Below the pieces are notes generated by a model that searched no databases, was not told the origin of the DNA, and worked only from the letters and a program-made list of their open reading frames with translations. 64,000 nucleotides of DNA from Octopus sinensis (taxonomy: Eukaryota). The first letter of the stretch is position 1. Each line of letters opens with the position of its first letter. Positions 63,951 to 64,000 of the stretch are shown one piece after another. The position numbers and the translations under genes are program-made. The stretch spans positions 90,892,001-90,956,000 of the forward strand of contig NC_043004.1 of the NCBI RefSeq assembly GCF_006345805.1, in the 5' to 3' direction.

Positions 63951-64000
63951 ACAAAAAATAGTGCTGAACGTATTGAATACCTTCTCGAGTTATGATCTAT

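Overview
AT-rich, microsatellite-dense animal genomic DNA, most likely an octopus. That assignment is inferred from the SINE families and repeat texture, not from a database search. The only recognisable host gene is a DIRAS (Di-Ras) small GTPase whose whole CDS lies in one exon (487-1083, +). The remaining ~63 kb is repeat-rich non-coding DNA. It holds several SINE families with swapped heads and tails, decayed CR1-group and L1/Tx1 LINEs, a Helitron relic, mariner and hAT-like transposase relics, a TTAA piggyBac-type MITE, two solo LTRs with their own TSDs and a 3-kb G/T-skewed minisatellite. The most notable signal is a set of Penelope-type minimal hammerhead-ribozyme motifs. One is canonical (28041-28128). 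One has a U3-A8 compensated core and lies downstream of a GIY-YIG relic (31301-31350). Two are degenerate and sit inside long palindromes next to (TA)n tracts (9249-9555, 43339-43509). All calls are by eye; no alignment, folding or search software was run.
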